In this document: piece after piece, positions 18,727 to 27,086 of the stretch | How positions within the stretch are numbered: the stretch's first letter is position 1 | Layout: every line of letters starts with the position of its first letter | Assembly (NCBI GenBank): GCA_965202725.1 | Contig: OZ241845.1 | Coordinates: 3,782,079 to 3,846,078, forward strand | DNA: 64,000 bases | Reading direction: 5' to 3' | Origin: Candidatus Poribacteria bacterium | Lineage (GTDB): Bacteria > Poribacteria > WGA-4E > WGA-3G | Made by a program: the position numbers and the translations under genes | The notes under the pieces: model-generated | Seen by the model: the letters and a program-made list of their open reading frames with translations, nothing else | Databases searched by the model: none | What the model was told of the DNA's origin: nothing

Positions 18727-19755
18727 TTAAAATATGAGACTGTGGAACATTTTTCGAAATTCGATGATACCGCGCCGGTCAGCGTCGGGGTGCACACGAT
18801 TCGTAAGCAGGATCGCTGCGAGTTTTCTTTTAAGGCAGATCCGTATTGACGTGCCTGTGAAACCTGTGTGATAGAGACACCCATCGTCCGTTACAGTCCA
18901 TCCGATGCATCGGCGTTCCCCTGCTGCTGCAGCGATTTGTTGCATGGTCTGAAAGCTTTCAGGACGTAGCAAGGTGCCACCGTTATCCATCAGCGTTCTG
19001 CAAAATCTTCCGAGATCCGTTGATGTAGAGAAAAGGCCCGCATTACCCGAAACACCCCCCAGAAAATGGGCGTTCTCGTCGTGGACTTGCCCGATAATTA
19101 CGCCTTCTCGCCAATCGTAGCGTTCGTAATGGACCATCCTACGCTCAAAACTATTGGAATCTTCCGTTGCTGCACAATCCTCGCGGCAATCCTGCGGTGG
19201 GTTGAACTGCGTTGATTCCATACTGAGCGGCGCGAAGATACGCTTCTGTGCCAATTGATCTAAGTATTCCCCGGTTACCCTTTCCAAGAGTTTCCCCAGT
19301 ACGATATATCCCAAACAACTATATACCGCCTTCACCCCGGGCTGAGATTCCAATGCAACTTCGGCGAGGTAGGGAATTATATGCTCGCGTGAGGGGGCTC
19401 GCAAATAAAGCGGAAGCCAAGCCGGGAGTCCTGAGGTATGCGTCAGTAGGTGGGCAAGCGTAACGCTTGCGTGTTTAAACTCGGGCAAGTATTCCTCCGC
19501 GGGGGTGTTGAGGCAGAGGGCACCGCTTTCAATTAACTGCATGCAAAGCGTTCCAACAACAATAGGTTTCGTTAGCGATGCTAAATCAAACACCGTTGTC
19601 TGAAGCATCGGAAGCCGTTTTGGCTTCACGCATCGGAAGCCGGATGCTTTGTGGTAAAGCACGCTGTTCTCCATGAGAACATAGGCAACAGCTCCAGGGA
19701 AAACCTTTTCTGCAATGCTATTTTCAATAAGCCTCGACATCGATTCTTTTAACAA
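18727..19755 (-). CDS. Beta-lactamase-fold serine hydrolase (AmiE/YbbE-like or AmpH-like)
   Basis: SxxK motif FDLASLTKP, with a length and pattern typical of class-C-like serine hydrolases. The track starts at the TTG at 19755. An alternative start is the ATG at 19740 (MSRLIENS). Confidence 0.85.
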   Translation of the reverse strand: MLKESMSRLIENSIAEKVFPGAVAYVLMENSVLYHKASGFRCVKPKRLPMLQTTVFDLASLTKPIVVGTLCMQLIESGALCLNTPAEEYLPEFKHASVTLAHLLTHTSGLPAWLPLYLRAPSREHIIPYLAEVALESQPGVKAVYSCLGYIVLGKLLERVTGEYLDQLAQKRIFAPLSMESTQFNPPQDCREDCAATEDSNSFERRMVHYERYDWREGVIIGQVHDENAHFLGGVSGNAGLFSTSTDLGRFCRTLMDNGGTLLRPESFQTMQQIAAAAGERRCIGWTVTDDGCLYHTGFTGTSIRICLKRKLAAILLTNRVHPDADRRGIIEFRKMFHSLIF

Positions 19756-19960
19756 AAGTTAACCTTTCTCCACAGTACGAGGTTTCCAACCTCATGTCGG
19801 CAGTCGTTTTTAGTTGACGGGTGGACTACATATATGATACACTATCCATTATATTTTGGTAAGTATTTTTTTTACTTATTTTTTTCACTTAAAAGTAGGT
19901 TGCAACTTGCATTGCCTTACATTGTCCAGTGCGTGTGTCTATCAGCTTGGAGTGTCTATC

Positions 19961-20326
19961 ATGGGGTTACTAGCAAAAGAAATTCAGGATATAGTAACAA
20001 CTAAAAAGCCTTGGGGTGGTTTCATACAGTATGCCCTCAATCAACCCGTTACGGTCAAAATATTAGAGATTCGGGCGGGTGAGCAGGTGAGTTATCAGTA
20101 TCATCACCATCGGAGCGAGTTGTGGATTCCGCTTGATGAAGGTGCTTGCGTGAAGGTGGACGGCACGATTCAGCGTCCCGAACCTATGGAACCTGTTTTC
20201 ATTCCGCAAGGTGCGAAACACCAACTCATCGGTGAATCTAAGGGTTACCGGATCCTCGAAATTGCGTTCGGACACTTTGATGAGGAAGACATCGTGCGAC
20301 TTTCGGACAAGTACGGAAGGATTTAG
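19961..20326 (+). CDS. Cupin protein (mannose-6-phosphate isomerase type II C-terminal cupin-like)
   Basis: KPWGGF..Y......VK.L.I..G...S.Q.H..R.E.W is the cupin motif, followed by a second motif IPQGAKHQL. I chose the ATG at 19961 because the upstream part of the track ORF is hydrophobic junk. Confidence 0.75.
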   Translation: MGLLAKEIQDIVTTKKPWGGFIQYALNQPVTVKILEIRAGEQVSYQYHHHRSELWIPLDEGACVKVDGTIQRPEPMEPVFIPQGAKHQLIGESKGYRILEIAFGHFDEEDIVRLSDKYGRI

Positions 20327-20339
20327 GCCAGAGGAGCTT

Positions 20340-21752
20340 TTGTTGGATAGAAAAGTTTATTTTTCGCCCGGGGAGTCCTCATCGATTAAGGACAAACGAT
20401 CGGGGGAACAAAAGGTTGATAGCGCCTTACAAAAGATTCATCCCTTATTTCAGGAAGAGGTATCGGCACCGCTTTCGACATTGGAATCCGAACTCCGTGC
20501 ATGGACTCGGAGCCATCTCCAGACCGAAGATATTGCCCAGGTCACCACGTTAGCGGCGCGTGCCCGTGAAGAATTTTCGGTGCTCGTCATCGTTGGTGTA
20601 GGCGGTTCTGACCTAAGTGCGCGGGTCTTTCATGATTCCTTTAACCACCCGTATCACAATTTACTGTCGCCTGAAGAACGGGGTGGTGCCCCTGAAGTGT
20701 ATTTTACCGGTGATACATTCGACCCTGGCAAACTCTCTGGCTTACTTGAGATGCTTAAAGCGAGAAATCTTCTGCATAAAACACTCTTCAACGTCATCAG
20801 CAAGTCTGGCACAACAACTGAGACGATGGCTACGTTGATGATTATCCGCGGCGCACTCACCCCACTTTATGCCCCCGCTAGCCGTCGGATAGAGGGGGGG
20901 TGGCAACGACAGGTGCTTGCGACTACCGGATTGACACCTGACAGTGTCCTCTTTCGGATGCACGAGCAATCTCCTTTCTACGGCGAGACGCTACTTCCGG
21001 TGCCTGATGGCGTTGGCGGACGGTTTTCTGCCTTCTCTCCGGTTGGCCTGTTCTTTCTTGCCGCGACGTCTGGAAAAGGGGAGACCCCGGATACCCGAAT
21101 CCGTTCGGCATTAAACGGTGTTGAACAAGCACACGACGACTTCAAACTGCCTCATCTACATCAAAGCAACATTGCTTATCGACTCGCACGTTGGATTCAT
21201 CTCGCTGAAGAGAGGGATGGGAAAGACACTATTGTTTTCTACAATTATGCCGATAATGCCTGCCTTGGTGAGTGGTTTGTCCAACTTTATACAGAATCTA
21301 TTCAGGAACGCGGCGGCGGTGCTAATGTCATACCGGCGAAGGGACCTACAAGCAATCACTCGATCCTCAACGGCATCATCGCCGGGCCGAGAGATAAAAT
21401 CGTTCTTTTTATTCACTGGGAGGAATTGGGAACGGATTTAGTCATCCCAACAAATACCGGAGTGGACAGCAAATTAATTGCGTTTGAAGGGATGTCTCTG
21501 ACGCACATGCAGACAGCCTCCTATCGCGGCACAGCCTTGGATTTCAAGAACAACGGTGTGTCCAACGCGACACTAACCCTTCCTAAACGAGACATCCAGT
21601 CTGTTTGTCAACTCATGCGTATCTTGATGGACACTATTGCTGTGAAGGGCAGGCTCCAAGACTTGCACCTTGACAATAAGGGTGCCCCCGAACTAACATA
21701 TCTTCAAGATGGGGTTGAGGGTTATAAGCAGAATTTCCGATCCTTTTTATAA
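20340..21752 (+). CDS. pgi: Glucose-6-phosphate isomerase
   Basis: ISKSGTTTET and PDGVGGRFSAFSPVG are PGI signature-like motifs. The track ORF begins at 20211 inside the cupin gene. The likely start is the TTG at 20340/20343 just after GAGGAG (20331-20336), but this start is uncertain. Confidence 0.8.
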   Translation: MLDRKVYFSPGESSSIKDKRSGEQKVDSALQKIHPLFQEEVSAPLSTLESELRAWTRSHLQTEDIAQVTTLAARAREEFSVLVIVGVGGSDLSARVFHDSFNHPYHNLLSPEERGGAPEVYFTGDTFDPGKLSGLLEMLKARNLLHKTLFNVISKSGTTTETMATLMIIRGALTPLYAPASRRIEGGWQRQVLATTGLTPDSVLFRMHEQSPFYGETLLPVPDGVGGRFSAFSPVGLFFLAATSGKGETPDTRIRSALNGVEQAHDDFKLPHLHQSNIAYRLARWIHLAEERDGKDTIVFYNYADNACLGEWFVQLYTESIQERGGGANVIPAKGPTSNHSILNGIIAGPRDKIVLFIHWEELGTDLVIPTNTGVDSKLIAFEGMSLTHMQTASYRGTALDFKNNGVSNATLTLPKRDIQSVCQLMRILMDTIAVKGRLQDLHLDNKGAPELTYLQDGVEGYKQNFRSFL

Positions 21753-21757
21753 AGAAA

Positions 21758-23893
21758 ATGAGGAATAAGCTCTCCGCTTTACAGCTTCGAAATAAAATAT
21801 TTATCGCCTACAGCTTCGTCTTTCTCGTAATGTTTGGCGTTATTTTGGGTAGTACCAATTTCCTGATTCGCCTTGATTTTAAGAGGGAAATTGATAATTA
21901 CGTCGAAACCCTCCATGCCCAAGTTTCAAACAAGTACCGTGCTTTCGTTGAAACTGTTGAAAAGAAAGTACACGCTGCAGCCACTGACGTGAAGCTACAT
22001 CGTGCTATAGAGCGGCGATCCGACTATGTTTACTTACCAGCAACGGAATTTGATCTCTTAGCGTACGGTACCCCGGATGGAAAACTACTGTATCCCGACT
22101 TCGGGGCAAGGAAGGACGCACGTACATATAATCCCTTGGAAAATCAAGAGGGGCATATACGACTCAGAAGTATTCCACAGCAAAGCGATATAGGGCTCCA
22201 GTTTGTGGTACAGGCAACCCAAGTCGGAGAATGGGGTTTTGTCACGGGTGGAGACCGATTACAGACGTGGTTAGAAGCCCAGACGAACATCCAATCTGAC
22301 GAGCACCCGATCTTTCTTGTTGGGAAGCCGCAAATACCACATTCAGCGGCCATTAGTTCCGAACCAAAAATGGATGTAGAAAATTGGGTTCCGTTAAATA
22401 ATGCATCCCGAGAGACACGCAGAGATGGGTGGTCCGAAGCCTTTGTCAAATCGCAATCAGCGCGCGAGGTGTTTTTACAAGAAACCCCTGAAAACGGGGG
22501 GAGTACATATACCGCTTTTCGGATAACACCTTTTAACTCACCCTTTGCTATAGCGCGTGAAGCAACCCCGGTTGATCTGATTGTCGCGTATTCTCATAAG
22601 CGCCAAATGGCATGGCAGCAACAACTGACGCTTACGCTGCTTTTGAGTGGGCTTGGTGGGCTTGTACTAGTTTATCTCATTAGTTATATTATCAGTCGTC
22701 TCGTTACCCGCCCTGTTGAGATGCTCCAAGAAGGGGTCAGTCATATTGCTGCGGGTGATCTGGATCATCGCGTTAAAATCCAATCTCTCAATGAGATAGG
22801 GCAGCTTGCTGAAGGTTTTAACCACATGGCACAAGAGTTAAAACGGAGTTTGGAGGAGCGGATGGCGGTGGAACGCGCAGCGACGTGGCGAGATGTTGCG
22901 AGGCAGGTAGCGCACGAAATCAAAAATCCACTGTTCCCCATCCGGCTTTCTGTTGAGAATCTCCAGCAGGCGAAATCGAACCCAGAGGTCTTTGAGCAAA
23001 TATTTGATCAATGTACCGCCACTGTCATTGAAGAAGTCGATAGGATTGGAAAGTTAATAGATGAATTCCATCAATTCGCCCGGATGCCGAAACTGCAAAA
23101 GAAACCGAGCCAACTCAATAGCATTGTCCGGGCCGCCTTAAACCTATACACGGGGGGGCAGATACCCAATCTTGAGCACCACGCCGAAACCTCGGCTGAT
23201 ATAATGCCCAAAGATACTGAACTCCAGAATCCTATGGACAAGTTTTGGCTTGAAAATGTTTCCAAGATTAAAGTTGAAACCGAGTTAGCCCCGCTACCGC
23301 AGCTTTTGCTTGATCCCGAACAGATTGCCCAAGCCCTCGGTAATCTCTTCAAGAACGCAATTGAAGCTATGCCCGATGGTGGGACGCTGATGGTAAAAAC
23401 CTATTTCACACCAAATGGCAGTCAGCAATCCGCAATCCGGGGAATGTCATACGGTATTCATACCCAGAGAAGCCCCGACAGAGAACCTCATACCGTTGAT
23501 TTTGATTCCGATCAGCAACGGAAGTCTATGGCAGAAGGGAATACGCAACTACCGGACGCTAAAAGCCGAGAGCCGAAGGCCATTAAAGGAACAGTTTCAC
23601 TTGAAATCCAAGATACAGGTTGTGGTATGTCTGAAGAGACGATGGCAAATATTTTCGTCCCGTATTACACGACGAAGGTGGAAGCAGATGGAACAGGTTT
23701 AGGGATTCCGATTGTCAAGCGGATTGTCACAGAGCACAGTGCCGAGATGGATTGTCAAAGTGCTGAGAACATCGGGACGACAGTCCGTATCCATTTTCCG
23801 TATAGCCTAAAAGCACCTTCTGAGCCCGCTGCTGAGAAGTCAGAAGAATTAACACCCGAAACCAAAGAACAGACGATCGCTCGTCAGACCTAA
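21758..23893 (+). CDS. Membrane sensor histidine kinase (periplasmic sensor, HAMP, HisKA, HATPase)
   Basis: N-terminal TM, a ~270-aa extracytoplasmic region and a second TM. HAMP segment (TRPVEMLQEGVSHIAAGDLDHRV..LNEIGQLAEGFNHMAQEL). H-box VAHEIKNPLFPI. N-box LGNLFKNAIEAM and G-box IQDTGCGM. A ~60-aa hydrophilic insertion precedes the G1 box. Confidence 0.85.
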   Translation: MRNKLSALQLRNKIFIAYSFVFLVMFGVILGSTNFLIRLDFKREIDNYVETLHAQVSNKYRAFVETVEKKVHAAATDVKLHRAIERRSDYVYLPATEFDLLAYGTPDGKLLYPDFGARKDARTYNPLENQEGHIRLRSIPQQSDIGLQFVVQATQVGEWGFVTGGDRLQTWLEAQTNIQSDEHPIFLVGKPQIPHSAAISSEPKMDVENWVPLNNASRETRRDGWSEAFVKSQSAREVFLQETPENGGSTYTAFRITPFNSPFAIAREATPVDLIVAYSHKRQMAWQQQLTLTLLLSGLGGLVLVYLISYIISRLVTRPVEMLQEGVSHIAAGDLDHRVKIQSLNEIGQLAEGFNHMAQELKRSLEERMAVERAATWRDVARQVAHEIKNPLFPIRLSVENLQQAKSNPEVFEQIFDQCTATVIEEVDRIGKLIDEFHQFARMPKLQKKPSQLNSIVRAALNLYTGGQIPNLEHHAETSADIMPKDTELQNPMDKFWLENVSKIKVETELAPLPQLLLDPEQIAQALGNLFKNAIEAMPDGGTLMVKTYFTPNGSQQSAIRGMSYGIHTQRSPDREPHTVDFDSDQQRKSMAEGNTQLPDAKSREPKAIKGTVSLEIQDTGCGMSEETMANIFVPYYTTKVEADGTGLGIPIVKRIVTEHSAEMDCQSAENIGTTVRIHFPYSLKAPSEPAAEKSEELTPETKEQTIARQT

Positions 23894-23933
23894 ACGAATC
23901 CGCTCTTTGGAGGTTTTGATTAGGATAAGTAAA

Positions 23934-25352
23934 ATGGAAACTATTCTGATTGTAGACGATGAAAAAAATACGCTTAAGATGTTGGCCCAGGGACTCAAGA
24001 TGCGGGGGTATCAAGCCCTAACGGCTGCCAGTGGTGAACAAGCATTACAACAGTGTGCCAAGTCCGAGGTCAATCTTGTTCTATTAGATATCCGAATGGA
24101 AAACGGTATGGATGGGGTTGAGACGCTTGTAAAACTCCGAGAACTCTATCCTACGTTGGATGTTGTTATGATGTCGGCGCAACAGGATATCGAGATCGCT
24201 GTTAAGACGATGGAACTCGGTGCCAAGCGGTACATCGCTAAACCTATCAGTATTGATAAAATTTTATCCAATGTCCAACCTTTTTTAGAAATATCGCGCT
24301 TATCGCAAGAAAACGCGATTCTGAAATCGCAAATCACAATAGCCGACGAGATGGTGGGGGAGAGTGCTGCTATTTCGTATCTCCGTTCACAAATTAAACG
24401 GGTTGCTGGTAGCAAGCTGGGGGTGCTGATTTCTGGGGAGAACGGCACAGGTAAACAACTTGTTGCTAATGCTATTCATCAGCAGAGCCGCCGCGCTGGC
24501 AAAACCTTTAGCCCGCTCAACTGTGCCGCCCTTCCAGATGAACTCATTGAGAGTGAACTCTTTGGACATGAGCGAGGCGCGTTTACCGGGGCGGATTCCC
24601 AACGGAAGGGGCGTTTTGAACTCGCACACGGCGGTACCCTCTTTCTTGATGAAATCGGTGATATGAGCCTGAAGGCGCAAGCCAAGGTACTCCGCGTCAT
24701 CGAGACCGGTGAAGTTGAACGCCTCGGGGGTAACCAGATTCGGACGGTCGATGTCCGAATTATTGCCGCAACTAACAAGCAACTTCCCGAAGAAATTGAA
24801 AACGGCCGGTTCCGACGGGATCTCTTCTACCGGCTTAATGTCGTGCCTATTCAAGTGCCGCCCCTGCGTGAACGGATGGAAGATATCCCGCTGTTAGTCA
24901 AATATTTTGCTGAACGTCTGCAGCTCGATATGGGGTCCACGCCAAAGGTCATTGATCCAGCAACTTACGGCGTATTTCAGAGTTACCATTGGCCCGGGAA
25001 CATCCGAGAACTGAAGAATATTGTTGAACGCCTCCTCATTATGGTGAATCGCGGTGTCGTGATGGCACCTGATGTCGCTGAAGCGTTGTCTTTGACCCCT
25101 CAGCCCTCCCCACTATACCCAGCGACTGCACCACCATCCTTGGAGGCTCCTATGGGTGTGCCCCTCTACAAGCCCGGAATGTCGCTGAGCCAAATGGTGG
25201 ATAATGCTGAAGCGCAATGTATTCTTGCGGCTTTGAAAGAAAATAAGTGGAATATCCGGCGCACTTCAGAAGTGTTAGAGGTTGAACGGAGTAACTTGTA
25301 CAAGAAGATGAACAAATATGGCATTTCCCGTCCAAATATTTCTAATGATTAA
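23934..25352 (+). CDS. NtrC-family sigma54-dependent response regulator (REC, AAA+, Fis-type HTH)
   Basis: REC domain (ILIVDDE..LDIRM), Walker A GENGTGKQLVA, the GAFTGA loop (ERGAFTGA), and a C-terminal HTH (NIRRTSEVLEVERSNLYKKMNKYGI). The ATG at 23934 was chosen over the upstream track start. Confidence 0.9.
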   Translation: METILIVDDEKNTLKMLAQGLKMRGYQALTAASGEQALQQCAKSEVNLVLLDIRMENGMDGVETLVKLRELYPTLDVVMMSAQQDIEIAVKTMELGAKRYIAKPISIDKILSNVQPFLEISRLSQENAILKSQITIADEMVGESAAISYLRSQIKRVAGSKLGVLISGENGTGKQLVANAIHQQSRRAGKTFSPLNCAALPDELIESELFGHERGAFTGADSQRKGRFELAHGGTLFLDEIGDMSLKAQAKVLRVIETGEVERLGGNQIRTVDVRIIAATNKQLPEEIENGRFRRDLFYRLNVVPIQVPPLRERMEDIPLLVKYFAERLQLDMGSTPKVIDPATYGVFQSYHWPGNIRELKNIVERLLIMVNRGVVMAPDVAEALSLTPQPSPLYPATAPPSLEAPMGVPLYKPGMSLSQMVDNAEAQCILAALKENKWNIRRTSEVLEVERSNLYKKMNKYGISRPNISND

Positions 25353-25379
25353 GGCTGGAATGTGAATTAAACTTAGGGG

Positions 25380-25829
25380 ATGCTTAGACTGACGATGCCA
25401 CGGAAACACATCAGTAAAAACAACAGGATGACTCGCCTCCAATTCCTGATTCTTGTTATCATAGTTGTTGTGATTGGGGGGCTCTCTTTTCCACCATGGT
25501 TGGAATATCGTAAGGTAGGCACGGCAGATGTGGATGTTGAGACCATTGCTGTTGCAATAAAAAAATACTTCAGGCACACTGGGGATTATCCGACAAGTTT
25601 GGATGCGTTGCTGACGGATCCTGGTCTTGAAGGCTGGCGTGGAAATTACTTGGAGTCTATCCCTGAAACACCTTGGGGGGGCAGCTACGTGCTGCTGCAA
25701 GACACCTATAAGGTTGGAATAGCGAGGGATCACCCTCGCGTACCAGAAAAGTATCGAGTCGGCGGTGTCGCGGAGATCAGTAGGGTCTATCATGCCGATG
25801 CGCGTCTCGGTGAGAAGTATTGGTGGTGA
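25380..25829 (+). CDS. GspG-like (T2SS major pseudopilin-type globular domain) protein with a non-canonical N-terminus
   Basis: The globular part VETIAVAIKKYFRHTGDYPTSLDALLTDPGLEGWRGNYLESIPETPWGGSYV fits the T2SS_G pattern (..Y....G.YP..L..L.......W.G.Y....P.DPWG..Y). The hydrophobic helix LQFLILVIIVVVIGGLSF lacks the G/FTLIE prepilin cleavage motif and Glu+5. An alternative start is the ATG near 25428. Confidence 0.6.
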   Translation: MLRLTMPRKHISKNNRMTRLQFLILVIIVVVIGGLSFPPWLEYRKVGTADVDVETIAVAIKKYFRHTGDYPTSLDALLTDPGLEGWRGNYLESIPETPWGGSYVLLQDTYKVGIARDHPRVPEKYRVGGVAEISRVYHADARLGEKYWW

Positions 25830-26030
25830 TTGGTTATGAGTTGTTAGGTGTCCGTTATTGGTGAAGGGTGGTTTGATAACAATCTCCGGCAGTTTGGTGG
25901 ACTTCCAGAGATTTTCCTTTATGACATCAAAATCTCTTAACTGACAACTGACAACTAACGTGAGTTTGATATATAGCAAATGCTAAGAAGATGTGAAGAT
26001 TTTTGTGGGGTTAGGCGTGTAATAACGGAA

Positions 26031-26093
26031 TGGATTTCGCCCATTCCCAGACGAAATCCCCCTGCCCCTACAGGCGAGGAGGCCTCGCCCCTA
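26031..26093. repeat. Two adjacent hairpins flanked by a gcccctac direct repeat, in the pilD leader
   Basis: Hairpin 1 is ggatttcg(26031-38)/cgaaatcc(26051-58) with a 12-nt loop. Hairpin 2 is ggcgagg(26072-78)/cctcgcc(26082-88) with a 3-nt loop. gcccctac occurs at 26063-70 and 26086-93. Confidence 0.4.
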
Positions 26094-26143
26094 CGATACG
26101 CACGAAAGCTCTTTTTTCCCTAACTCACGTAACTCTAAAAAAT

Positions 26144-26932
26144 ATGTGGATTTTTATTTTCGTGCTGGGTGCAGTGATCGGCAGTTTTCTCAATGTCTGT
26201 ATCTATCGCATCCCGCGTGAGGGCCTTTCGGCTCATGCGCCGCGCCGCTCTTTCTGTCCACTATGTCAAGAGACACTAAGAACGTTTGACACCATCCCGC
26301 TTTTAAGTTACCTGTTCTTATGCGGACGGTGCCGACACTGCAAAACAGGAATTTCGGTGTTGTATCCGTGTGTTGAACTCGCAACGGCACTCCTGTTTCT
26401 TGTAATGTATTATCGCTTCGGGTTAACCCTCGAAGGTCTGCTTGCGCTCGTTTTTGTTTCGCTGCTTGTCCCAATTGCTGTTATTGATGCACAGCATTAT
26501 ATTATTCCAAACGTCCTTATCGTAGTCGGGTTGATTCTCGGTTTTGTCATCGTCTCTGGGGTTGCGTATCAGCGCGGTGACGTTTGGTATCTGCTCATAC
26601 GACTTATTGGTGCTTTTGCTGGTGGGTTGGTGCTATGGCTGATCGCCGTGGTTGGGAGTGCAATCTTACGTAAAAAAGCGATGGGGGGCGGCGATATTAA
26701 ATTAATGGCACTCAACGGATTGTTCCTCGGTGCGTGGCCCGAACTAGCGATAGTGATAGCCTTCTCTGCTTTTGGTGGTGCGATTGTTGGAACTGCGTTG
26801 ATTATTTTTGGGATAAAAGATCGTCAAAGTCCTATTCCGTATGGGCCCTTCCTCGCCGGTGCCGCTGTGCTTGTGCTTTTGTGGGGAGAGAATCTTTGGC
26901 GGACGTACTTGCAATTTGTGGGGTGGTATTGA
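26144..26932 (+). CDS. pilD: Prepilin peptidase (A24 family, PilD/GspO type)
   Basis: GSFLNVCIYRIP, the Cys pairs CPLC...CRHC, multiple TM segments and the GGGDIKLMA active-site region. The ATG at 26144 (MWIFIFVLGAVIGSFLNV) was chosen over the track start at 26030. Confidence 0.85.
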   Translation: MWIFIFVLGAVIGSFLNVCIYRIPREGLSAHAPRRSFCPLCQETLRTFDTIPLLSYLFLCGRCRHCKTGISVLYPCVELATALLFLVMYYRFGLTLEGLLALVFVSLLVPIAVIDAQHYIIPNVLIVVGLILGFVIVSGVAYQRGDVWYLLIRLIGAFAGGLVLWLIAVVGSAILRKKAMGGGDIKLMALNGLFLGAWPELAIVIAFSAFGGAIVGTALIIFGIKDRQSPIPYGPFLAGAAVLVLLWGENLWRTYLQFVGWY

Positions 26933-27086
26933 CTCGTTAAGTAGCAACTTAGGTTACGATAAAGGAGTTGCTTGGGCGCACTTACAAAAATGGGAGAAGA
27001 CAAGAATTGACCCTGCTCGTGATAAAAGCGAGGGAGTCGATATTGTCAACTTATTTTATAGAAACGTTGAAAGATAGGAGTTTCTC

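Noticed and set aside
20211-20339. The upstream extension of the pgi ORF, overlapping the cupin gene.
   Set aside because: The extension is out-of-frame overlap with a convincing cupin CDS and has no PGI-like sequence. A TTG just after a GAGGAG at 20331-20336 is the more plausible start.
25356-25370. A sigma54-like element TGGAAT-N5-TTAAA downstream of the NtrC-type activator gene. A TGGCAC-containing site also occurs at about 17904-17916.
   Set aside because: The first lacks the essential -12 GC. The second has the wrong GG-to-GC spacing and lies inside a coding region on the non-relevant strand.
25956-25971. An exact 16-nt match (taacgtgagtttgata) between the pilD upstream region and the IS701-like transposase remnant at 47502-47517. 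This might be an IS fragment.
   Set aside because: The flanks do not align, and roughly one 16-mer self-match is expected by chance in a 64-kb window.
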